From Macrostomum hystrix (lineage: Eukaryota; Animalia; Platyhelminthes): a stretch of 64,000 bases of DNA. Every line of letters starts with the position of its first letter. Position 1 is the stretch's first letter. Under the pieces are notes generated by a model, which saw only the letters and a program-made list of their open reading frames with translations, did not search any database and had not been told where the DNA came from. The translations under genes and the position numbers were made by a program. The stretch spans positions 1,736,001-1,800,000 of the forward strand of contig CATNEN010000012.1 in the NCBI GenBank assembly GCA_950097015.1, read 5' to 3'. This document shows positions 12,701-23,767 of this stretch, piece after piece.

Positions 12701-15700
12701 TTTACATTTTCCAATTTACATATAACAATGTGCATTCAAGTGCACATAATAAATGTACATTGAAATGTACATAATCTAATGTACATTCAAATGTACATAA
12801 TTCAATGTACGTTATAATGTACATTCTAATGTACATACTCCAATGTAAATTACGACGTACGAGCTCCCAAGTATATAATTCGCAAGGATAGTTTGTAAAT
12901 TCGAAGAAAAGGTGTTTGAAGAGCACATTAAAAAGCAATACACATAGACCAAACATAAGGTTCTACTTACAGTAGACTAAAAGTTAGGATTACATGTACA
13001 TATTTTCGCTAGACAATGAAATGAGGTGACAAAAATCTATGAATCAACAACGGAACAAGAATTTCAATGTAAAAAAATAGGTAAATCGATTGGATAAATG
13101 TTGAAATAAAAATCTAGTTTGTAACAGGTATTCGGTGCTCGCCCGTGATTGGATAAATTGACTGATTGGATATTCTCGCGACAATTTTATGCAGACATGA
13201 GCAATAAAATCCAGACCTTAGCAGCGGGTTTTTCAACCGCTCGCTGTTTAACTGCCCGCATTGACACGGACTGTCTGTGCTGAAATTTTGCGGTTTGGGT
13301 TTTTTGTTCTACTCCGCTAATAAAAGCTTTTCAAATACCAATACTACTAGTTAGTAGTGCCACTACCAATGAAAGCATCACAAAAATAAAAGTACAAATG
13401 TTAAACAAGAACGACGCAAGACTCTCGATTTGAGAAAAATATGCTTGATGGCCGTTTTTAGCGTATATTAGGCCATTTACAACAAAATTAGCTAGATTAG
13501 ACCAATTATAGAAAGAATGCTATTAACCTCCCGGAAAAAGGCCTCGACCAATCAGAATCGCTTTACGTCCAATTCACTAAATCCCAATTCACAAAATCCA
13601 CCCGGATCCCAATTCACCAAATCCCAAAAAGTTAACACCCTTAAAGCGTGATTATAAATATACTATTAGAGGCACGATTTTTTGTTTGAAAGCCTCTGAA
13701 ATTATCTATGCTTATAAAAATCTATTTCATTTAAGTTATTATAATATACTCAATACTGTTGCAATCTTACACCAGATGACTGAGCAATCTCAGAGCACTT
13801 ACATCGTAGTCTATGGGCGACACAACCGGGCTGATTAGCGGTGGCTGCGCGACCGCGAACATCGGCGGCGGCGGACGCGGCGGCGGCGTCGGCGGCGGCG
13901 GCGGCGACGGTGGCACTTCGCCAGTTTGAGTCTGATTGGCCTCGCTGGAAACGTTGGCTGCGGCATCTGGTAAATCAGGATTGGCTGACGAAATCTCGGT
14001 GACAGCCGCGCCGATGGCGGCCACAACTTCGCGGGCGATCCAGTCCTCGGAGCCGGCCACGGAGGACCTGACGCCGGCGACTGCGGCACTGGCTTCGGGC
14101 AGTTCAACAAGCCTTAGAGAGCCGCTGAAACCGCTCTGACATAGACGCAGCTCTGACAGCACCTGCGAATCAGGGAATAAGCATGATGCACTTTTAGTAA
14201 CCTTCCACATCTGTATTGTTCAACACCTGACACATTCCACGCATTCCATGTCTAATCACACACCTGTCTAATCACACACCTGTCTAATCACACACCTGTC
14301 TAATCACACACCTGTCTAATCACACACCTGTCTAATCATACACCTGTCTAATCACACACCTGTCTAATCACACACCTTTCTAATCACACACCTGTCTAAT
14401 CATACACCTGTCTAATCACACACCTGTCTAAATCACATACCTGTCTAATCACACACCTGTCTAATCACGCACCTGTCTAATTACACATCTGTCTAATTAC
14501 ACATCTGTAAATTGTCAATGGGGGGCTGATAGATCATTGGTTGATACAATCTTCACCAAGGTCGAATCACAGACCTGACTAATCGCATACCCTGTCTAAT
14601 CTTACCTATCTAATACCAGAATCCAGACTATCTGCTTAAACTCAAACGAATGCATACCAATTTTTTTTGGCGTAAAATATAACAAACAAAACAGAGTAAA
14701 ATGTGTCAAAAATAATCTACAAGGCATTAGCGAACTATCTATTCAAAACCAGAAAAATTGGTTCGTGTTTACACAGCCAACACTGTTGATTTACAATGGG
14801 ATTACTTATTCGGTACTGAAAATCTCTTGTTATCGCCCTGAGTGCTAAATATAGCAGATAAGAATATCTGGGTTAGCAAAGGCTACAAGTGAATGGGAGT
14901 AGAGAGGCTTGGGTCATTGGTATCAATGTTTTGCTATTCTTTGAGAGAAGGAATATAATTAATTGATAATTTATCCCGTTGAAGAAAGGATAGAATGGAT
15001 TGCTAGTCTATCCCATTGAAGAAAGGATAGAATGGATTGCTAGTCTATCCCATTGAAGAAAGGATAGAATGGATTGCTAGTCTATCCCATTGAAGAAAAG
15101 ATAGAATGGATTGCTAGTCTATCCCATTGAAGAAAGGATAGAATGGATTGCTAGTCTATCCCATTGAAGAAAGGATAGAATGGATTGCTGGTCTATCCCA
15201 TTGAAGAAAGGATAGAATGGATTGCTAGTCTATCCCATTGAAGAAAGGATAGAATGGATTGCTAGTCTATCCCATTGAAGAAAAGATAGAATGAATTGCT
15301 AGTCTATCCCATTGAAGAAAAGATAGAATGAATTGCTAGTCTATCCCATTGAAGAAAGGATAGAATGGATTGCTAGTCTATCCCATTGAAGAAAAGATAG
15401 AATGAATTGCTAGTCTATCCCATTGAAGAAAGGATAGAATGGATTGCTAGTCTATCCCATTGAAGAAAGGATAGAATGGATTGCTAGTCTATCCCATTGA
15501 AGAAAGGATAGAATGGATTGCTGGTCTATCCCATTGAAGAAAGGATAGAATGGATTGCTAGTCTATCCCATTGAAGAAAGGATAGAATGGATTGCTAGTC
15601 TATCCCATTGAAGAAAGGATAGAATGGATTGCTAGTCTATCCCATAGAAGAAAGGATAGAATGGATTGCTAGTCTATCCCATTGAAGAAAGGATAGAATG

Positions 15701-18700
15701 GATTGCTAGTCTATCCCATTGAAGAAAGGATTAGAAGGCCTAAAATATATAGTTGATTGAGCATTAGAGAATGCGTCGCCGGATAAGTCGGGGACTGAGG
15801 CGGGAGGCTTAGAGAGGCCTGCAGAGCTATGGGGATCCAGGCCGGTGGGAAGTATCCGGGGCCACGCCCAAACGGAGTGGGGCGGCGGAGTGGAAGGCGA
15901 AATTGTTAGAGACTTTGGAAGCCGAGTTGAGAGCAAAAAAGATATAGGAAATCAGCCTTGTTCTGCTTGGAATGGAAACTTTAAACACGAAACGTATTTG
16001 TAATAGTATCACGGAAAAAATGATAAAACAGAAGGGAGAATAACGAAGACGGAGATAAAGAGGGGAGATGAAGAGGGGAGATGAAGAGGGGGATGAAGAG
16101 GGGAGATGAAGAGTGGAGATAAAGAGGGGAGATGAAGAGGGGAGATGAAGAGGGGATATAAAGAGGAAAGATGAAGAGGGGAGATGAAGAGGGGAGATAA
16201 AGAGGGGAGATGAAGAGGGGAGATGAAGAGGGGAGATGAAGAGGAAATATGAAGAGGGGAGATGAAGAGGAAAGATGAAGAGTGGAGATGAATAGGGGAG
16301 ATGAAGAGGGGAAAAGAGGGGATATAAAGCGGAAAGATGAAGAGGGTAGATGAATAGGGGAGAGAAAAGGGGAGAAGGAAGACGGGGACGAAGAAGGGCG
16401 ATGAAAAAGGGCAGTAAGAAACGAGCGTAGGTAAAAAAAGACAGCCTTCAATGAGCCTTGGCTTAGAATAAGATTTAAATAATAATAAACAGGCAGACAA
16501 CGTAATGTGAATCTTACGCGGCAGCTGACGTCGGTGAGGGTGACTTCGCAGGAGCTTTTGTGAGGCCGATTGGGAAGCAGGATTTTCAACCGGATCTCTT
16601 CGGCGTGAATTTTCAGGCTGATCGCCTGTAGAATGACAAGTGCCAGCGCTTTTGTAAATATTTCGTTAATCTATGCCAATATATCAACAGGTTTTTAAAG
16701 CTTTTCGAAAATCTTTCGGAAGATTTTAAAACGTTTCATTGAACTTTTGTTGATCTCTGGAATATTTACACCCACCTCAATCCACTTGACTCTAATGGGC
16801 TAATACATAATTGGTTGACAGGACCTTCCCACTTTACTTTTCATCAGCTGATAGATCATCGGTTGACACCAACCTCACTTCGCTTTACTATCATCTGATA
16901 GATCATTGGTTGACACCAACCTCACTTCGCTTTACTATCATCTGATAGATCATTGGTTGACACCAACCTCACTCCGCTGCACGATTATTGGCTGATACAT
17001 CATTGGTTGACACCAACCTCACACCAATTTACCATATTTTTTTACATACTGCTGCTTTATTGCGCCCACCTCGCTCCAATTAATTATTATTGTCTTTTAT
17101 AATTAGAGTGAAAAACAGCGCCTCACTGACCAGGTTGTGCGTGTCATAGCAGTGCGTAGCTGTCGCGTGGAGAATCTTTGGCGGCAGGCTACCAACCAAG
17201 ATCTCCTGGAAGACTATTGCCTGAAAAAGCGTAAAAGAAAAAAAATTATTTTTATTATTACATGTATAATTATAACTGCTTATAGATTAAAATGAGTGAT
17301 TACTGGCACCGGGCAATTGAGACACGCACTCAAACTAGCCATACCAGAAAGTCAATGTTCTGTATTGTATCTATCGACAAATAAAAGACACTTAAGTTTT
17401 TTGCAGTTCTAAAGTTGAGAGCCAAAATAGAAAAGTTAAAAGCTAAGCTGAGGCGGAATTGAAAATGGATTATTTTTGCATTCAGCGGCTTTAGCCTCCG
17501 GGGGACTTTAGTCAGTCAGACCTCTCTGGCTTGCCTTTCAAGCCAACTCTTGGTACATTGGTATAGGCGAGCATTTGGCTGTGCAAAAGTATAGTGGAAG
17601 TGTGGAAATTTCTTCAAACAGTCTGCGGGTGTCTTAAGAACTGGGACAGTTCAGCTCCCAGAGTCAAAAAATTATCCGTTCAGGCTAATTTTTTGTATCC
17701 ATTTGATTAATTTTAGCAGAAAAATACAATTTTGTTTTACAGTTTAGCTAAGTTGCGCATAAATTTTTATGGGAGGCTGAAGAAACTGTTTATTTTCTAG
17801 GAATAGTAGCAGCAGCGGCAATAGTCACGTGATGCCCCTTCAACAAAGCATCAGCTGACTTCTTACCCTCTCCTTTGGTCCATCTCGTATCGACATCGCC
17901 TGATTCAGCGCCGCCAGCCAGGCATTGACAAAGTCGTCGCCACCGCCGGAGCTTCGATTTAGGAAATACCAGGTGACCAGAGTGTTCAGCCAGCCGCAGG
18001 TCTCGGCCTCGTTAGCAACTGGGCCGTCTTTGCTAGTTGCGGTTGAGCCAACAATCATTCGCGAGTAGAAGGCTCGAGCCTATGAAATCATTTTATTTAT
18101 CGATAGGAGCTGGGTGCATCGATTCGATTGTTATCCCTTGATTATCTGAGTGAATCCTTCCAAAAATGCTTAAATGCCCACATTTTTTCTCTTTTCTGCA
18201 TCTCCCTAAATATTCAACCATGAAAATCCACGATAAAATTCTCGTCGGTGTGTCTGGTGGCAAAACCATCATGTAACAATGTCTGCTGTTATTTGTTGTT
18301 GATTTATGCAGAACAATATTTTGCATATGGATCTAAATCTTTATGCAGGAGATGCCGGACGGCCTTGAAAGTTGGTTGACCGTAAAAGGCGGAAAATCTA
18401 GTATCCATATTGTGGACTTTCACGAAAATCGGTCATGGGAGCTATCGTGAAGTAGACTTCGAATTACCTCCCCCGTGCACTTTCCTCGCGTGGAAAAATA
18501 GCAGCGGTCTTTCTACTGTTAAAGCAATCTGCGTGCGAATACAAATATGAAATCTCACCCAGGCCACCCAGCCGAGAGCGACAGCCGGCAAACTGTTGAT
18601 GGAGCAGCCTTGGTAGGGCAGCACCGCAGCCAGTAGCACAATGGCCAGACCAAATATGCACCAGCCCAGAAAGATTACATCCAGAATATCTGCGCTTGCC

Positions 18701-18750
18701 CACGCCTCACCCAATTTGAACCAAACTAGGCGAGCTGTGATGTCTGCCAT
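6789..18750 (-). CDS. C2CD2L: C2CD2L/TMEM24-like ER-plasma membrane lipid-transfer protein (TM-SMP-C2-polybasic tail), about 790 aa
   Basis: Exons 18750-18559, 18079-17867, 17220-17131, 16625-16518, 14162-13803, 12543-12311, 11739-11273, 10610-10524, 9854-9750, 9629-9568, 8529-8496, 8267-7962, 6904-6789; all GT-AG and phase-consistent, total 2373 nt. N-terminal TM, SMP start ETCGWLN..W..NAWLAALN, C2 RLLVKVVKA..TNPYWDQHF, basic tail. Confidence 0.8.
7296..7710. repeat. 55-bp GC-rich minisatellite in last intron of C2CD2L-like gene
   Basis: About 7.5 copies of CCGAACGACACGCGCCCGCCAAGCTCTACCCCACTGCCCCACTCAATGTACATAC. Confidence 0.97.
9945..10140. repeat. 20-bp minisatellite (GGAACAGAATTAGCCAATCT)
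   Basis: About 10 copies, intronic. Confidence 0.97.
10897..11244 (-). mobile_element. tRNA-derived SINE family A, full-length older copy
   Basis: A-box and B-box-like head on the minus strand, same body as other copies; degenerate TSD CTTTAGACATCAAAA (10882-10896) / CTTTAGACAATAAAA (11245-11259). Confidence 0.85.
11790..12290. repeat. 15-bp minisatellite (AATCCCAATTCACC[A/G]) filling the intron that splits the C2 domain
   Basis: About 33 copies between exons 12311 and 11739. Confidence 0.97.
14255..14510. repeat. 16-bp minisatellite (TCTAATCACACACCTG)
   Basis: About 16 copies, intronic. Confidence 0.96.
14985..15725. repeat. 37-bp minisatellite with internal inverted repeat (TCTATCC..GGATAGA)
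   Basis: About 20 near-identical head-to-tail copies, no spacers. Confidence 0.97.
16040..16370. repeat. 13-bp purine-rich repeat (GAAGAGGGGAGAT)
   Basis: Degenerate tandem copies, intronic. Confidence 0.93.
16850..17030. repeat. 47-bp tandem repeat (CTGATAGATCATTGGTTGACACCAACCTCAC...)
   Basis: About 4 copies; a lone related monomer lies at 14526-14547. Confidence 0.9.
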
Positions 18751-21134
18751 GCTTAGGCTTGGCAGTATGGATCAGAGCCAGTGTTTGTGTTTCTTATAAT
18801 TTTCTTCAGTTTCTCTTATTTCTGTAAAGGCTGAAAACAGGATTTGGACTTACATAATATTGTTTTGCAATCTTTTTTTTATATTAAGTTTTGTTGATAA
18901 TTGTACTTGATTATAAAACTTCAAAATATAAGAAATATGTTTAATGCGAAATATCGCATTAAACATAGCTAGTGGTTGATTATTATATTAACCATATAAA
19001 AGTGTAATTATGAGTTGCTTTTATTAAAAAGTTTGCATATTCATTCAACTACGGTGAAACTTTCCACTGTATCCAATCAGAAAACTTCCAGAATCACAAA
19101 AAATCGCATCGTCAAGATATTCAATGATTCTCGTCAGTGTGTCTGGTGGCAAAAACCATTATGTAACAAGGTCTGCTAATATTGTTACTTATTATTATTA
19201 TATTATTGTTATATTTTATTTTTTGTTATTTTATTTCTAAAAATATACTTTTGAGTGAGAGATTTGCGAAATCAAACACTAACAATATGTTACAGAGCTT
19301 CTGGTTTGAAAAAATATTTATGAATTATGAGTATTAAAAATGAATTCTACTATCAAATGAAATTAACTATACAAAAATCTATATTATTCATGATATTATC
19401 ATTATAATAGTCAATCTTTGCTTTTTGCATTGAATTTTAAATTTTTACATTTAAAATTGTATCAATATAAAAAATTAAAAGTCGCAGCAATAATATTATC
19501 TACATATATATTACATAGTCATGGATAAAGACATAAATGAATAGTGTTAAATAGACAAACAGGAATATGCAAAATTAAGATGTATGTGTAATGACTGTGT
19601 AATGACTCAGTGAAACAGTTTAGACGATTTAGATCAGATTGGACGACATATATGATTCACAAACAATACTTATTAAGAAGCACATGGTTGATAATGAATT
19701 AACCGTCAGGAGCAGGTCAGCTTACAAAAATTCTCAGGAAATGTAGTAGTTAAAAAAGCTGAACACGAAATTAAAACGAATATTAAAATGCACAAAACAA
19801 ATGCTTGCAATCAATATAAGCATGTGGCAAACCGTACTTGTATAACAGAAGAGGCTCAAAAAATTATTCTATGAAAATGAAAGCAATATATTTTGTTTTT
19901 TTTTTCATTAAACGAACAGTTATACACGTAAACTGAGTACACAATTCTGGCACAATTTTTTTGTCAGTTGTCAATTCCTTGACAATAAAATATTTTTGTC
20001 AAGGAATTTAAAGTTCTGTTTGGTGACAGCTTAGCTTAACAGGTAAAACCAGCCAGCATACCTGCAAAGTTTTTTTGGGAATCAGATTGATATTAGTTAA
20101 TATTTAATTAAATAGTATGGTTTAAAGAGTATGTTTCAATATTTATTTATAATTTATTGCACACGCACTCAATTTCCACCCCCATGCGCTGAGTCATTTT
20201 CTCTCTAGCTGCAACCCATTCTTGGGCTTCTGCATGTACGTTGGGCCACCCCAATTTAAATTGATTTAAATAGACTGGTCGTTAGCTGCGCTGAGAGTGA
20301 CCGCGTCGTTTTTATAGCCTATAGTTTCAAAGCTCAATTGATGGCCTACTTTGTTATTCAATGGTTGAGAGCTAGCTCACAAACAAGTATAAATATATAA
20401 ATAATGTGAGCTCCTTGTTTCTGAATCTCGTTTTATGAAAATCGACTATGCATCTATGACTTTAGTCTAAACTTTGTTGTCATGCTGGACCTGGCTGGAC
20501 TTTGGCAACAATTATTGCTTAAACTTAAATGGTTATCAAATATTTAACTGGTTCTTAGTTCCTTAGTTAATCAGTACTGTGCTTTTATTGTTGTAATTGA
20601 TACTGCTTTTTAAAACAAGACTCTCAGACTATAGAATTATAAAAGAAATTCACTTTAATGATTACAGTTAGAATAATAAGTGAGAATTTCATAGGTCTAT
20701 GTTTCTTAGCTATTGCAATGTTACCATTTTTTAGCTTAACTATATGTTAATTTGAAATTTCACATATATTTAGTGCTTATGTTATAGTTGTTCCATTAAA
20801 CAGCTGGCTACTTAACCCTTTCAATCTATTTTTTAAGTAAATCTATATAATGACAGGTTGTGCTTATGGTATTACATTGTTTTGTTGTAATTTGTCAATA
20901 GACCAAGCTATAGTTTGTATGTTCATTATTGTGCAACTTATATGCCATACTAGTTCTTAATAACATTTTAATCAAATTTCACTTTCAGCTTCCTTGTTTT
21001 AGCCATCTAATTGTGAACAAAAATTACTAAGCTATTATGTATATATCCTAGTTTCTACCTTACCAGAATGTCTTCAAACTTGTTAATAAACTTGCTGCTG
21101 TAATTTCAGCTAAACTAGCTAATATCAATCAGCC

Positions 21135-22103
21135 ATGACAGACTGCGACCTGTGCAAATTCTGCTACCCCATCTTAGCATTTATTGTTGGCTACTATCTG
21201 GTGCTGCCTCTGCTTGGCATCCTACTGCGCCACTTTGTGCTTACGCGCATTTGGAGTCGTCGCAGCCAGTTGAAGAAGCTCGGCGGCTGGGCTGTGGTCA
21301 CAGGCTCCACTGATGGCATCGGCCGAGCTTATGCTCGACTGCTAGCCAAGGACGGCCTGAACATTGTGCTGATCGCTCGCTCTCAAGAGAAACTGGACGA
21401 TGTTGCTAGCGAACTGCGCAGCAAGTACAATGTGCAGGTGCGTATCATTGTGGCCGACTTCAGCAAGGACGACATCTATGATAGGATCGAGCGAGAGCTT
21501 TCCGGCATCGACGTGGCCTGTCTAATTAACAATGTCGGCGTCGGCTATTCGTTTCCCACTTACCTGGCTGGCGGGCCAAAGCCATTGGAGCAAAGCGATC
21601 TGCAGCCAATGCTGAATGTGAACTGCGCCAGCGTGGCCCGAATGACCCGCCTGCTGCTGCCGCGCATGCTGCCCCGCGGCGGCGCCGTCGTGAACGTGGC
21701 TTCTGGCAGCGGCCTGTACCCCACTCCGTTCCTGGCCGCCTACGCCGCTAGCAAGGCCTTCGTTGTCAACTTCTCCGAGTCTGTTGCAGCCGAGGTGCGT
21801 CATTTGGCTTCCCGCGGCGGCGCCGTCAAGTCTGTGACCATCCAGACTGTCACGCCTTACTTTGTGGCCACTAAAATGTCCAAGATTCGGCGGGCGAATT
21901 TCTTCGCGCCTAGCCCGGAGTCGTTTGCCAACGAGGCGCTGAACCTGCTGGGCGTTGAACAGCTGACCCTGGGCTGCCTGTCCCATTCGCTGCAGCACCT
22001 GTTCGTGAGCCTGCTGCCCACCTGTGTGGCCAATTATTCAGTCTGCAAGGCCATGTATGCCACAATGCAGAAGTCTCTGAAACGCCAGGCTAAGAGCAAC
22101 TAG
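21135..22103 (+). CDS. HSD17B12: Very-long-chain 3-oxoacyl-CoA reductase / 17-beta-HSD12-like SDR, 322 aa, intronless
   Basis: N-terminal TM, WAVVTGSTDGIG, LINNVG, VNVAS, YAASK, VTPYFVATKM, basic C-terminus; acceptor TTTCAG at 21104-21109 just upstream of the ATG; AATAAA 22327-22332. Confidence 0.93.
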   Translation: MTDCDLCKFCYPILAFIVGYYLVLPLLGILLRHFVLTRIWSRRSQLKKLGGWAVVTGSTDGIGRAYARLLAKDGLNIVLIARSQEKLDDVASELRSKYNVQVRIIVADFSKDDIYDRIERELSGIDVACLINNVGVGYSFPTYLAGGPKPLEQSDLQPMLNVNCASVARMTRLLLPRMLPRGGAVVNVASGSGLYPTPFLAAYAASKAFVVNFSESVAAEVRHLASRGGAVKSVTIQTVTPYFVATKMSKIRRANFFAPSPESFANEALNLLGVEQLTLGCLSHSLQHLFVSLLPTCVANYSVCKAMYATMQKSLKRQAKSN

Positions 22104-22494
22104 ATTGACCAACTAGTTGAAGTCCGACTGTTTGTTAACTGTAGCTATTTAAACTCTCGTTAAATAGTAGAAGGAGTTTTTCATTGCTATCTGATTCTTT
22201 TGGCTCTTAAATTACGGCACAATTTGTTACAATTCAAACTCTTAGAAAAAGTTGTTCTAAATTTCCTTTTTTTGCTTTTCTCCTTAAACAAGTTACTTGC
22301 ATGAAAATTTTTTTATAGAAATGAATAATAAAACTTTAATAAGAATAATAGCTTTTTATAATTTAGTGACTTAGAAATTCCTTTTTACTGCTGTTAGTCC
22401 AACTTTTGGAAGAAATATATATATTCTGGTAATAAAGTATTCCGTATTTTCTTTCCTTTTATCTATATAACTGCGAAGCCATTGGAAATCCTAC

Positions 22495-23555
22495 ACAACT
22501 AGATTTGATCTCATAGTGAAATCTCACCCAGATAGATTTGATCTCATGGTGAAATCTCACCCAGATAGATTTGATCTCCTAGTGAAATCTCACCCAGATA
22601 GATTTGATCTCATGGTGAAATCTCACCCAGATAGATTTGATCTCATGGTGAAATCTCACCCAGATAGATTTGATCTCATAGTGAGATCTCACCCAGATAG
22701 ATTTGATCTCATGGTGAAATCTCACCCAGATAGATTTGATCTCATAGTGAAATCTCACCCAGATAGATTTGATCTCATAGTGAAATCTCACCCAGATAGA
22801 TTTGATCTCATGGTGAAATCTCACCCAGATAGATTTGATCTCATAGTGAAATCTCACCCAAATAGATTTGATCTCATAGTGAAATCTCGCCCAGATAGAT
22901 TTGATCTCATAGTGAAATCTCACCCAGATAGATTTGATCTCATGGTGAAATCTCACCCCAATAGATTTGATCTCATAGTGAAATCTCACCCAGATAGATT
23001 TGATCTCATAGTGAAATCTCACCCAGATAGATTTGATCTCATAGTGAAATCTCACCCAAATAGATTTGATCTCATAGTGAAATCTCACCCAAATAGATTT
23101 GATCTCATAGTGAAATCTCACCCAGATAGATTTGATCTCATAGTGAAATCTCACCCAGATAGATTTGATCTCATAGTGAAATCTCACCCAAATAGATTTG
23201 ATCTCATAGTGAAATCTCACCCAGATAGATTTGATCTCATAGTGAAATCTCACCCAAATAGATTTGATCTCATAGTGAAATCTCACCCAAATAGATTTGA
23301 TCTCATAGTGAAATCTCACCCAAATAGATTTGATCTCATAGTGAAATCTCACCCAGATAGATTTGATCTCATAGTGAAATCTCACCCAGATAGATTTGAT
23401 CTCATGGTGAAATCTCACCCAAATAGATTTGATCTCATGATGAAATCTCACCCAGATATATTTGATCTCATAGTGAAATCTCACCCAGATAGATTTGATC
23501 TCATAGTGAGATCTCACCCAGATAGATTTGATCTCATAGTGAAATCTCACCCATT
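22495..23555. repeat. 33-bp minisatellite between the two SDR genes
   Basis: About 32 copies of GATAGATTTGATCTCATAGTGAAATCTCACCCA. Confidence 0.97.
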
Positions 23556-23767
23556 AGATTAAAATATACTTTTCTGTAATCATTTAATTTTGAGTATCGG
23601 CGAAATATTAAATTTTATCCGTATCGTAAATCATGATTTTCTGAAAACAGTTTACAATATAGCACACGATTGACACAGTTAAAAGCCAACTGATTGTTTT
23701 GAAACTTGTCGGTAATCTTCTTTGGCGTCAGTCCTTAGACGCCGCCGCAGTTGCAACCTGGCCTCTG

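Noticed and set aside
14985-15725. CRISPR-like 37-bp partly palindromic repeats (also the 33-bp array)
   Set aside because: Units are head-to-tail with no unique spacers, no cas genes, and lie in eukaryotic intronic or intergenic DNA.
21522-21998. Antisense ORFs overlapping GC-rich exons (also 11306-11795, 34156-34494, 47250-47817, 54528-54972)
   Set aside because: Expected shadow ORFs of GC-rich coding sequence; no independent motifs or splice support.
22516-23562. 348-aa and 323-aa ORFs on both strands
   Set aside because: By-product of a 33-bp (3n) tandem unit lacking stops in those frames; no unique sequence.
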